Source of the DNA: Octopus vulgaris
Lineage: Eukaryota
Direction: 5' to 3'
DNA length: 64,000 nt
Assembly (NCBI GenBank): GCA_951406725.2
Contig: OX597817.1
Coordinates: 13,392,001 to 13,456,000 of the forward strand
Made by a program: the position numbers and the translations under genes. The notes below the pieces were generated by a model. It was not told the DNA's origin and made no database searches. It was given only the letters and a program-made list of their open reading frames with translations. Positions 26,781 through 38,461 of the stretch are shown piece by piece. The stretch's first letter is position 1; each line of letters opens with the position of its first letter.

Positions 26781-27241
26781 AACGAGTTACTTAGTAATAG
26801 AGACTTCTACAGATAAAATACAATATACGATTCCAGCGATGGGGGAATTTTTCTAACAGCATCAGTCCTACTACTCTTACAATAAAAAAAAAAACACGAT
26901 TATAAAAAGAAACTCCACTAACAACCACTTCATACAGAAGATGAGACCGAGAAAGTCTAGAATTATAAATGGTCTTATCAATCTAAGCTACATATTAAAA
27001 ATTAACGAGAAAATACATAGCAATAATATAAAAAATTACACTCGAACACAGCAGTGTTCGAAAGCTGCTCTCTCTCTCTCTCTCTTCCCCTTCTCTCTTT
27101 TCTCTCTCTCTCTCTCTCTTTCTCTCTACCCACCTATCTCTCTCATTGTCTCTTTCCCTCTCTCCTTCTTTATCTCCCTCTCTGTATACATGCACACCTA
27201 CACACACTTATGTTTACATTTTCTTTTCTTTTTAATTTCAG

Positions 27242-27249
27242 AACTATGA
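27242..27249 (+). CDS. Probable terminal coding exon of the VWA gene (KL-stop, then 3' UTR)
   Basis: Long polypyrimidine tract and TTTCAG at 27241; the phase-1 join gives AAA CTA TGA. Confidence 0.55.
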
Positions 27250-27607
27250 ATCTAGAAACATCCAAAGAATTCATTATTAGTAGAATTACGTGAACTTTGA
27301 TCGAAGTGGAATAATGGTCTCTGTTGGTCGATGTGAAGGACAATCGGACCAGTTTGCTTGAAAGAGAAAAGAATGGAACAAAACCTATCCTTTCATGGCC
27401 GGTATCATATTTCCTAATTGAACAATTGGACGATTTTTATTTTCTCTACAAACGAAACAATACCTGTTGGGGGCGTTCGTACGCACGAACATTTGAGTGA
27501 ATGGACAGACACTCTTAACATGATTGAAAGTAAAGCATTACGATGTCGGTATCCATTTGTGTGCATGAGAATGTATGAAGCAACACGTTTCTGTATAAAA
27601 TAATATG

Positions 27608-27609
<2 letters not shown>

Positions 27610-27663
<54 letters not shown>

Positions 27664-27674
27664 GACATAGTATA

Positions 27675-27705
<31 letters not shown>

Positions 27706-27750
27706 TATATAATATGTATGTACATTATATACATATATATATATGTAATG

Positions 27751-27798
<48 letters not shown>
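27610..27798. repeat. Interrupted (TA)n microsatellite
   Basis: Direct reading. Confidence 0.93.
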
Positions 27799-27803
<5 letters not shown>

Positions 27804-30002
27804 ATTTGTATTTGCGAAAACGGACATCAGCAACTGACTATTCCTACATACATCATACATTGCATGAGGACAAAATTTTCATGTGGTATTGCATGAGGAC
27901 AAAATTTTCATGTGGTATTCCACAAACCCAGCAACCGAAGAAGCCCCAGGAAATCACGTTCACTTTCGTATATATGAGTGTGTGTGTGTGTGTATGTGTG
28001 TGTGTGACAACGGGAAACTCTCGGATTGTTTACTTTTGGGGGTGATATAACTGCATCATAATTCAAAGAAAGCATCAGAATAATTGCTTAGCGTCTCTTT
28101 GTCCTATCATTACAGATTCCATTGATCATTGTGAATTGAGTTATATATGTGTATATATCACAAGTCTTCTCCGTTTTGTCTTAATAGTGATAGAAAACGC
28201 AGCCATCATAGCCTTAACACAAAGCATGCATTCCCCAATATATTTATGACATGTAATGTGTGTGTGTGTGAGTCATTGTGTGTGTAAATATTTTATATAT
28301 ATATATATATATATATTGTGTATGTTGGATGATTAAATATCTTTTGTATGAGAATTGTTTAGAAATGCATGTACAGACTACATCGTGTACATGAGTAAGT
28401 AATTATAAATATATATATATATCCAAAAAAGGAAAAAAAAATAAGACGGTATTCTAAAATTCTTTTTTGAATTGAAAAAAAATATTAAACAAATACGATT
28501 ATAATTTATTCTGATTATTAACCTCATCTCTAAAAATGAGGTTCATACTGAGGTTAATAGTACGAAAGATTATTTTCGTATCAACGATAACTCATCTCAG
28601 CTATTTAGATATTTAATAGTAAAACAAGATTATTTAAATAACACGACAAATAATTAAAAAAAAAAACATTGGACGTATTGGTTAGATACCATTTGAAAAA
28701 TTAAAATGAAATCAATTTTTAAAAATAACACTTCACTTGAGAAGCGAAACACGGATATTTTGTCACTTTTAAAAGCAAAAATCATCAGTATTTTCAAATT
28801 TAAGACAGAAAATGTAAAACTTACATTTTTAAATATTTTATCAAATCGATACTTTTACTAGATAACATTTTATTTTAATTTTGATACACTTTATTTTTCA
28901 CGAAATTTGATTTAAATATTACAAAATCTCACAAAAATAAAAGTGAAAGAAAGACGATTTCTGTGAGGATGACTAACCAAAATGGCTGTATCGATGTATA
29001 TAGGGTCATTATGGGGTTTCATTAAGTTGAGACAAATGCCATGTGATGTGTGCGTGCAATATTGAGAGTAACTGCATATTAGAGGTGAGCATCCTAACTA
29101 TGTACTTACTGACCTATCAGGAAGTTTTTTTTGTTGTTTTTTTTTTTTAAATACATCCTCCATTCATCAGGTAAATAAAGATACCTACAACAACAAGCAT
29201 TGATTGTAATATACCGTTTGCTGGATGTGATATGCTGGCAAAATCTTGAGAAAGAATCGATGTCTTACTTCAGAAAGACATTACTTCTTTCTTACCACGT
29301 TGTAAATTTTGATTTTATGGTTAACAAGATGGCGGAGGATATTTTTTTGTGACAAATAATATGTACCAGCATTTAACAATATGAAAATTTCTTTTTTTGA
29401 AACTACAATAACTTTCAGTGATAACCGATGCATCGGTGGTCATATTTTGTTTATATTTATATATAACTTATACATTCATGAGTTCAGTCTAGGAATCAAT
29501 CATATTTTCCAACATTGATTTCTACCACATTGGAACTTTGTATTTTTTTTTTCTGAATAAACAGACATTTTAATAACTACACACTTAGTTCATTAATATT
29601 TAATAAATTTTCAGTAAACAATGTTTTGATTATGCTTTTTTCTTTGTCTTAACATTTCTACATTTGAAGGTGAAGGTTAGCATGACCAGTTTCTGAAGAC
29701 AGACAATTATGTATCGAATGGCTTTGTCTAGACTTCTTCAAATGCATTCTCCAACAGACGTTGCTTAGTCTTATAACAATAATTTATTCTAGCAGAGTCC
29801 GTGGAAATTCTTCAGTCATTTTGAAAACTGTAAGGAGTTTAACAGATCAGAAAATACGTTTTTTGATTGTATGTTTTGATTCCTTAAGCTTTGATTATGT
29901 AGTGCTGAGGGTGTAATCATGGGAGAGGACAGCTTTGTAAACTATATTCTTTGTCATACATTTGTCACCTTGTTTCTTTGAGAGTTGTTATTTCTACATT
30001 TA

Positions 30003-30386
30003 GTGGAGGCGCAATGGCCCAGTGGTTAGGGCAGCGGACTCGCGGTCGTAGGATCGCGGTTTCGATTCCCAGACCGGGCGCTGTGAGTGTTTATTGAGCG
30101 AAAACACCTAAAGCTCCACGAGGCTCCGGCAGGGATGGTGGTGATCCCTGCATTACTCTTTCACCACAACTTTCTCTCGCTCTTACTTCCTGTTTCTGTT
30201 GTACCTGTATTTCAAAGGGCCGGCCTTGCCACTCTCTGTGTCACGCTGAATATCCCCGAGAACTACGTTAAGGGTGCACGTGTCTGTGGAGTGCTCAGCC
30301 ACTTACACGTTAATTTCACGAGCAGGCTGTTCCGTTGATCGGATCAACCGGAACCCTCGTCGTCGTAACCGACGGAGTGCTTCCAA
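30003..30386 (+). mobile_element. tRNA-derived SINE family C
   Basis: Head GGAGGCGCAATGGCCCAGTGGTTAGGGC...GGTTTCGATTCCC; TSD ATATTTCTACATTT. Confidence 0.92.
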
Positions 30387-30613
30387 TATTTCTACATTTG
30401 AGGGTGAAGGTTAGCATGATCAGCAGAGCAACGAACAAACCGCCTTACGATAAGTAGGTAGTTAGGTCCCCGCCTCCGTTTTTGCTTTTAGTTAAGTAGA
30501 TTTAATTGATTGTTTCCTCTCCAGAATATACGCTAATGTAAGAGTCATTATTATTTCTATATTTCTCTGATACAATTTTAGACTTTCCTCTATTGCTGTA
30601 TCTATGGCCTTAT

Positions 30614-30912
30614 ATCACGTGATCACGTGACCAACCAGACCATCAGATGTTGTTACACATCGCTGGTCACAATGCGTTCGCATTGTTTTAGCCTTCGAAC
30701 GACGCCACCCCGCTGGCTAAGCGAGCAGGCCAACAGAAGAAAGAGTGGGAGAAAGAGTACAGCAGGGATCACCACCATCCCCTGCCGGAGCCTCGTGGAG
30801 CTTTTAGGTGTTTTCGCTCAATAAACACTCACAACGCCCGGTCTGGGAATCGAAACCGCGAATCTGCGACCGCGAGTCCGCTGCCCTCACCACTAGGCCA
30901 TTGCGCCTCCAC
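30614..30912 (-). mobile_element. SINE C2: family C head with a different tail
   Basis: 30760-30912 matches the family C head; 30614-30760 is unrelated to the C tail; ATGGCCTTATAT on both flanks. Confidence 0.85.
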
Positions 30913-31484
30913 ATGGCCTTATATATCAATAAGAAATTACCGTTGTTGTTGTTGTTGTTGCTGCCAGCAGTAGCAGCAGCCGTTCAAGAATTTGGACCTG
31001 GAGATCTCCATTTCCAGCGACTTCGAGGGCCACCTCCCAGTGGTGCCGGGCGTCAACGAAGAGCCCTCGACTACAGCAAGACAACCAAAGTTTTTTGGGT
31101 TTTTTCCAAGGTCTGGGGTCACCCGCCCCTAAGCCCTAGACCATCACCTAATCACCCTTACCCGTCTTGTTGCTTAACAACAACAACAGCAGCAGCAGCA
31201 GCAGTAGCAGCTGTTTATTTAGCCCCAGGTTAACTTTGACTGAGCAAACAATGATCAAAGGCATTCCAGCCGTGACTACCCAAAATTTTTTCTCAGATTT
31301 ATCGCATTTGGTTCGTCATTATCCAACCCTTCCTCCTTTTCTTGAGAGAGCTTTAGCTGCTGTATCTAGCACGACGAGGGGTCATGTAGGAACTCTTCAT
31401 TGAACGTTATTGTTGTTATTAAGGAATGTAACAAGTTACGACGAGTAAATTCTCAAAAAACAATGATTTTTAAGCATTATTAAT

Positions 31485-31935
31485 CATCTGGAAGATCCTG
31501 GAAGGACTTGTCCCAAACTTTGGCATCGAGAGTTACACAAATGCCAGAACTGGGCGCCACTGCATAGTGCCAAGGACTCCAAATTTGCCATCAATATGTA
31601 GGACGAGATACTGTGATAGCCTGGGCTTCCGAGGCCCACAGCTCTTCAATATCCTTCCGAAGAACCTAAGAGACCTGCATGGGGATGGATGCAGATGTCT
31701 TTAAAATAAAACTGGATCTCTTCTTGTCAGGTTCCCAGATGAACCAACTTCACGGCAGGAGGTGCAGATGAGGGCAGCTGCATCGAACTCTCTCATGCAC
31801 CAAATGGCAGTTGCTAAAAAGCATTCGTGAAGTAAAATCATGTAGCAACACCAAATGGCGGTGCCCCAGCATGGCCACAGCTTGTGAGCTGAAACTAGAT
31901 AAAAATAAAAAATAAAAAATAAATAAAAATAAAAA
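31485..31935 (+). mobile_element. 3' end of the CR1/L2-group LINE seen at 19908-21570
   Basis: Collinear with the reverse complement of 19908-20210; ends in an (A)nT tail. Confidence 0.88.
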
Positions 31936-32483
31936 CATCGTTTTTGAAGTCAGACAATTATGTATCGAATGGCTTTGTCTAGACTTCTTCAGATGCACTC
32001 TCCAACAGACGATGCTTGGTCTTATAACAATAATTTATTCTAGCAGAGTCCGTGGAAATTCTTCAGTCATTTTGAAAAATGTAAGCTTGTTAGAAGTTTA
32101 ACGGATCAGAATATAAATTTTTTGATTGTATGTTTTGATTCTTTAAGCTTTGATTATGTAGTACTGAGGGTGTAATCATGGGAGAGGACAGCTTTGTAAA
32201 TTATATTCTTTGTCATACATTTATCACCTTGTTTCTTTGAGAGTTGTTATCCTCTCATGTTTACCTTAAAAAGTAAACACTCTTATCTTAACTATGGAAT
32301 GAAATCGAAGACATTCTCTATGTTATTCTGCTACTCCACGACTATCTCTTTTAATTTAAAAGGTCTAGTTATCAGTGAAATTGTATTATGTATTCACAAT
32401 AAAATAAATAAAGTATTTATAGTAAATTATTCAGTTTCAGTTGTCTTACGAACCTTATTATGATAACGATTATGTCGCAATAT

Positions 32484-32880
32484 GTAGAAGTGGCTGTGTG
32501 GTAAGTACCTTGCTTACCAGCCACATTGTTCTGGGTTCAGTCCCACTGCGTGGCACCTTGTGCAAGTGTCTTCTACTGTAGCCTCGGGTCGACCAATGCC
32601 TCCTTGTGAGTGGATTTGGTAGACGGAAACTGAAAGAAGCCCGTCGTATATATGTATATGTGTATGTGTGTTTATATGTTTGTGTCTGTGTTTGTCCTCC
32701 CAACACCGCTTGACAACCGATGCTGGTGTGTTTACGTCCCCGTTACTTAGCGGTTCGGCAAAAGAGACCGATAGAATAAGTACTAGGCTTACAAAGAATA
32801 AGTCCTGGGGTCGATTTGCTCGACTAAAGGCGGTGCTCCAGCGTGGCCGCAGTCAAATGACTGAAACAAGTAAAAGAGTA
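32484..32880 (+). mobile_element. SINE family A
   Basis: Near full-length; AATATGTA on both flanks. Confidence 0.9.
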
Positions 32881-33414
32881 ATATGTAACCGAAATTGCCT
32901 TCTCTTCTTTCACTCTCTCACTAAATAATTTGACTGTTGAGATTTTGATTAATAATAGTTTCAAAAATAAAGGAATTCATCAACGTGCCGAAACCCGAAA
33001 TCGAACCGAAGAAATCTTGCCTTAAAAGAGCGTCATCATTTAAAAAATTATATTTACCTCAATCCTTTCTAGTGTAGGCACAAGGCCCGAAATTTGTAAG
33101 GCGAGAGGATAGTCGATTATATCGATCACGGAGTAAAGATTATTTGCCAACATAATGTGACAGTCGAATGTTACTGTTATTTAACCCCAGGAAACATCGT
33201 CTCCAGCTGGCTATACGACACACTGTGTCCTTATATTTTCGAACAAGGGAGTTTAGCATCACCACTCAGCACAAAACAATATCTGTGTATCGCGTTATGT
33301 TGACACATAATCTTTACTCTAGAATACTGTTACTGAATTTCTCTCGTTGAATGATTTACAAACAGAAATATTCTAATTTAATAGAACAGTAACTGTGTGT
33401 CACTTTGAAAACTA

Positions 33415-33855
33415 GGATCTTTTCGGTTTGAACGGCAGTTTTTTTCTAGCGGTGTCATATGAAATTGTCACCCATAATTATGACCCTAGTATCGATCTAT
33501 TGCATTTCTATCTGTTTTCGGGTTAGGTTTAGTTAGGGTTATGGTTAGTGTTAGGGGTGGGGGAAGGGTATCTTTTTTTTCTTCAGAAATGTAAATAAAC
33601 CCAATCTGTTTCTTAAACGAGGGACATATTCATACGGCACAGAATGTTTTCACCTCAATAGACGTCATTGATTGGTTGAAATTGCAGAAATTGAAGGAAA
33701 AACAACAACAAATATCTTACAAACTATAGAATTTTCTCAATAAAGCCAAGAGAAAAAGATGTTTTACAAACACATTCTACCAGTACACGAAGTTTAAAAG
33801 TGTTTAGTTACGTGGAAATTATTTTTAAAAACTGCCGTTCAAACCGAAAAGATCC
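33415..33855 (+). mobile_element. GGATC-TIR MITE (441 bp, 8-bp TSD; Merlin-like by termini)
   Basis: About 29-bp TIR, TSD GAAAACTA, degenerate TTAGGG tract at 33520-33557. Confidence 0.92.
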
Positions 33856-33959
33856 GAAAACTATATATTTCGAACAAGAATTTAGCAGCGCCACCTCCAG
33901 CTGAACAACTTTTTTTGTTGTTTTTTTGAAGAACTCTAGCCGAAATTTTGTGCGAAACC

Positions 33960-35400
33960 ACGATTGTTGGGTGGTAGTGAAAAATAAGAAATTATGAGAA
34001 AAATAAGAAATTATGCAGAAGCTGCTGGAAGTCAAGTTCCCCCTAGACCCACGTGTGCTGAAACAGATGTTACAGTGGAATGGAGAGCTGATAAAGAAAT
34101 ATAGTAGTATGGTAGTATGGAAGGGTAAAATATAAAGATGACCCCAGCCAGAGGAGGAAAAACTGAAAAAGGAAAAGAAGACGATCATATTCAGAACATT
34201 TACGAATAAAAATAGAATTGAACACGCGCCGCAGGAAGAAATAGAAGAAACATATAGGAGACAGCATTTTTGGAAGCACTCCGTCGGTTACGACGACGAG
34301 GGTTCCAGTTGATCCGAATCAACGGAACAGCTTGCTCGTGAAATTAACGTGTAAATGGCTGAGCACTCCACAGACACGTGTACCCTTAACGTAGTTCTCG
34401 GGGATATTCAGCGTGACACAGAGAGTGACAAGGCCGGCCCTTTGAAATACAGGTACAACAGAAACAGGAAGTAAGAGTGAGAGAAAGTTGTGGTGAAAGA
34501 GTACAGCCATTGCTCCTCCAGGAGACAGCATAGGGTTCTTTACGAGAGGAAAGAGATATGTGTCTATAGTGGTAACCTTTATATCAGGAGAAGAGGAGGG
34601 AAAAACCTCCAACAGGCTGATACAGGGAGAAAAATGGACTTTGATGCTAAACAGTTTGGACAAAAGAATTGTCAGGATTAGGGTGGGAAGAATCCTCCCG
34701 TGGATTGATCCAGGGTGGATAATCGCCGCAATTTTTTATTCGGAGACGAGTAAGGAAAGCGAAGACATGAAGATGGGCATGATAAGCCGAACCCAACAAG
34801 TGATGTAGTGGGGCTACGGATTAAAGATAATCTGTGCAGTGAACCCGAAATATTACAACGAAATACCTGAAACTTTAGAGCTACCAAATGAAGAAAAGCT
34901 GGAGATAATGTTGGAGGGGAGACCCCCAAAATGTTACGAATGTGGTGAAAGAGGGCACTTGAGAAAGAAATGCCCTTGAGTAGAAGTGGAAATTGTAGAG
35001 GAGAGTATTCAGGAGAATATAATTGTAGAGAAACAGCAGAAACAGATAACAGAACAAGACGGGAATTTTGCGGAGGGGAAAGCACGAAAAAGAGAGAGGA
35101 GAAGTCACCAACGATAGTGGAATTGAAGAACTACAAAGCAATGGAAGAGGTAACCCAACCTACGACGAGAAACGGGGAAGATTTACCAGTAGGATCACCA
35201 GTAAAGGATTTGCAAGTGCATAAACATTCAGGCCCACAGACACACAAACGCACAGAAGTATAGACGAACAGAAACGAGATAACTCAGAATTGCGAAAACC
35301 TAAAAACATAGAAACTCACACGAAACACGCAGAATTACAGTCAAACGAACAGACAAACACACGGACACAGCAGTCATACAAAAACCGCAAAACGACCTTC
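33960..35400 (+). mobile_element. Degraded ORF1/gag-like retroelement remnant (L1/Tx1-like) with CCHC knuckle
   Basis: LEGRPPKCYECGERGHLRKKCP at 34911-34976; stops and frameshifts elsewhere; interrupted by a SINE C fragment. Confidence 0.65.
34271..34506 (-). mobile_element. 5'-truncated SINE family C
   Basis: Reverse complement of the 3' part of 30003-30386. Confidence 0.9.
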
Positions 35401-35455
35401 CCAATTGTTTTGTTTGTGCTTTATTGAAAGGTGTAAAAAAGGATGAGGTGGATAA

Positions 35456-35849
35456 TCTTTATATATAAAAGTGAGGTTGTGTGCTGTCTGTCTCCTACGA
35501 TTTAGATTCCTAACTACTCCCACATTTTGCGGTGCAGTTTAACCAAAAGCGGGTATCTTATAGTCGTAATTTATATCGAGCCCTTCTGGGTATTAGCGCG
35601 CGTCTACGATGAGTCTACGATTTAAAAAAAATTTACCATCATTTCCCATTTTTAATGCATTTTTTTGCTATTATATAAGGGAAGTAACTCTCTAAAAATG
35701 TATTATTAAATCTCAGAAAGTAAAAAGCTACAGTAACACCCCCCTTTGTGGTTAGCCATATTGAGATGGCTATTATACTTGACATCTCTAAAAATGCTTA
35801 TATAGTTATTTCCCTTACAAACCCGAGCAACGCCGGGCAATACTGCTAG
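35456..35849 (+). mobile_element. Non-autonomous Helitron (family H1)
   Basis: 5' TC, 3' CTAG, subterminal hairpin CCCGAGCAACGCCGGG, inserted between A and T with no TSD. Confidence 0.85.
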
Positions 35850-36189
35850 TTTAGTACAATGCAAAGATGTAAAAGTGATAGACATGAAGGGGATGAAAAA
35901 GAAAAAAATGGTTTTTTTGGGGGCATTGGTGCCAGAACAGAATGAAGATAGTAAGAGACTGTAAAGAAAGCGCGGAATACAGAAAAATGGTATTCGACAC
36001 AAATGATGTACCGGACGGAATAGACTATGATTTCTTTATTGCCCACAGGGGCCAACACAGAGGAGACAACACAAAAACATGTGGGGACACGTAACACGAA
36101 AAAAATAATATCTTTTCGTGTTACGTGTTACGTGTCTCCACGTAACACGAAATTTTTTTTTTTTTAATCATAATAATTCCTTCTACTAA

Positions 36190-36378
36190 AGGTACAAAGC
36201 ATGAAATTTTGTGAGAGGGGGACCAGTTGATTACATCGACCTCAGTGCTTCACTAGTATTTGATTTAAATTATCTACCCCCAAAGGATGAAAGGCAAAGT
36301 CGACCTCGGCGGAATTTGAACTCAGAACGTAAAGACGGACGAAACGCTGCTAAGCATTTTGCACGGCGTGCTAACGTA
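36190..36378 (-). mobile_element. Partial SINE family B
   Basis: Family B central motifs. Confidence 0.75.
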
Positions 36379-36459
36379 ATATAAGTATAATATTAAAGGT
36401 TTTGGTGCGTGACTTTTGACTCACTCAGTATAATAAATTTGTTCTGTTTTTATTCTATA

Positions 36460-36861
36460 CTAGCAGTATCGCCCGGCGTTGCTCGGGTTTGTAAGGGAAA
36501 TAACTATATAAGCATTTTTAGAGAGTTATAGCCAAAAAATAGAAAAAAATGCATTAAAAATGGGAAAAAAATTATGGTAATTTTTTTTTTTTAATCGTTG
36601 ACTTATCGTAGACATTTTTAGAGAGTTACTTCCCTTATATAATAGCGAAAAATGCATTAAAATGGAAAAAAATGATGGTAAATTTTTTTAAAATCGTAGA
36701 CTCATCGTAGACGCGCGGTAATACCCAGAAGGGCTCGATATGAATCACGACTATAAAGGATACCCAGTTTTGGTTAAACTGCACCGCAAAATGTGGGAGT
36801 AGTTAGGAATCTAAATCGTAGGAGACAGACTTTCACACAACTTCACTTTTATATATAAAGA
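36460..36861 (-). mobile_element. Non-autonomous Helitron (family H1), inverted relative to 35456-35849
   Basis: Same termini and hairpin on the - strand; A|T target. Confidence 0.85.
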
Positions 36862-37046
36862 TTATACTTTTCGGATGAAATGTCGCTACGCATTTTGCCT
36901 GGCGTGCTAATGTAGTATATGTATAAAATTAAATGTATGGATTTTGGCTAACCTGTATAATAAATTTGTTACGTTTTATATTATTTTGTACTTTTCTTTT
37001 AAATGTTTTAGTTCTTTTTTGTCTCAAATATATATATATTTCTTAA

Positions 37047-37317
37047 GCGCAGGAGCGGCTGCATGGTAGAAAGTTTGCTTCCAGCCATATTGTTCCGGGT
37101 TCAGTTCCACTGCGTGGCGCCTTAGGTAAGTGCCTTCTACTTTATCCTCGGGTCGACCAATGCCTTGTGAGTGGATTTGGGACTCGAAAATTGAAAGAAG
37201 CCCGTCGTATGTGTGTATGTGTGCGCGCCCTCACCACTTCACAACCGGTGCTGGTGTGTTTACATCCCCGTAAATCTAAATCGTGGGAGACAGACACACA
37301 ACTTTTATATATAAAGA
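37047..37317. mobile_element. Truncated SINE A (+) fused to the 5' end of an H1 Helitron (-)
   Basis: SINE A stops at CCCCGTA (37272); AATCTAAATCGTGGGAGACAG...ATATAAAGA follows. Confidence 0.75.
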
Positions 37318-37440
37318 TATATCTATTTTTCGTAATATGTGTGTGGGGGGGGTTGTAAGGATGTATAAATGAATATGTGTATAAGTATAGATGTACATTA
37401 ATTATTAGTGATGAGAGCAGTATCAATAACAAATTTTAAT

Positions 37441-37990
37441 CTTTGTATCCAACTCAACATGGCTGCCTTGTTAGAACATCGAATACTGCATTGTCAGGCT
37501 TGAGTGATCCTCTCACATTGGTGCTTGGTGAATTAAAGCACACACATTGATTGTAATAGACGAAATTCATCTGTCATGGGCGCTGGAATTCTCATATCAT
37601 GTAATTTCGTCGGCTTTAATGCACCAAGCGCCTATATGAGAAGGTCTCTCAAGCCTAATAACACAGTATTCGGTATTCTAATAAGGCACCCAGCTGCTTC
37701 CATTGTTAATAATTAATTTTTAATTAGCCTTCTGGCAATTTGCGTCATCGGCACCTGAAAAGGTCCTGAAATTCTATATATCGTACCAGCGAGATTTGGC
37801 TAGCATGAAATCCAATAGACCGAAACCACGTGATATGGGGGTTCCGGCTCCCATGACACACGGATTTTGTCAGCTTCAATCTATGTGTGTGCTTTAATGC
37901 ATCAAGCTCTTATATCAGAGGATCTCCCAAGACTAATAATGCTGCATTCGGCATTCTAACAAGACATCCATTTTAAGTTTGATGTAAAGA
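37441..37990. mobile_element. Old foldback/MITE-like element with about 170-bp degenerate inverted arms
   Basis: 37441-37610 is an imperfect reverse complement of about 37820-37990 (CTTGTTAGAA, GATCCTCT, ATTAAAGCACACACAT and TGTCATGGG blocks). Confidence 0.7.
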
Positions 37991-38024
37991 TATGTGTACA
38001 TGAATATGTAAATATATGCGTGTG

Positions 38025-38304
<280 letters not shown>

Positions 38305-38461
38305 GGTGTGGTGAATAAATTGTCGTCTAAATTACGCAGAATTAACGCTGACATCACATTTTAACGGATATAGTTATCAAAATTACATAAAAAATATCTT
38401 GAAATACTAAAGAGTAAATTTATTTTATATATGTATGTATATATATATACATACATACATA

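Larger units (their letters stand above)
29653..32250. repeat. About 340-bp tandem duplication; second copy split by nested insertions
   Basis: Copy 1 at 29653-29990; copy 2 starts at 29990, resumes at 30387-30423 and again at 31940-32250. Confidence 0.85.

Noticed and set aside
27859-27919. 29-bp tandem duplication in the putative 3' UTR
   Set aside because: Ordinary slippage duplication with no further support for function.
30003-30080. tRNA gene
   Set aside because: A/B boxes are present but there is no proper acceptor stem or terminator, and it continues into a SINE body with a TSD.
30087-30338. Recurring ORF ...HHNFLSLLLPVSVVPVFQRAG... suggesting a multigene family
   Set aside because: It is the SINE C body read in one frame; SINE A and B give similar recurring ORFs.
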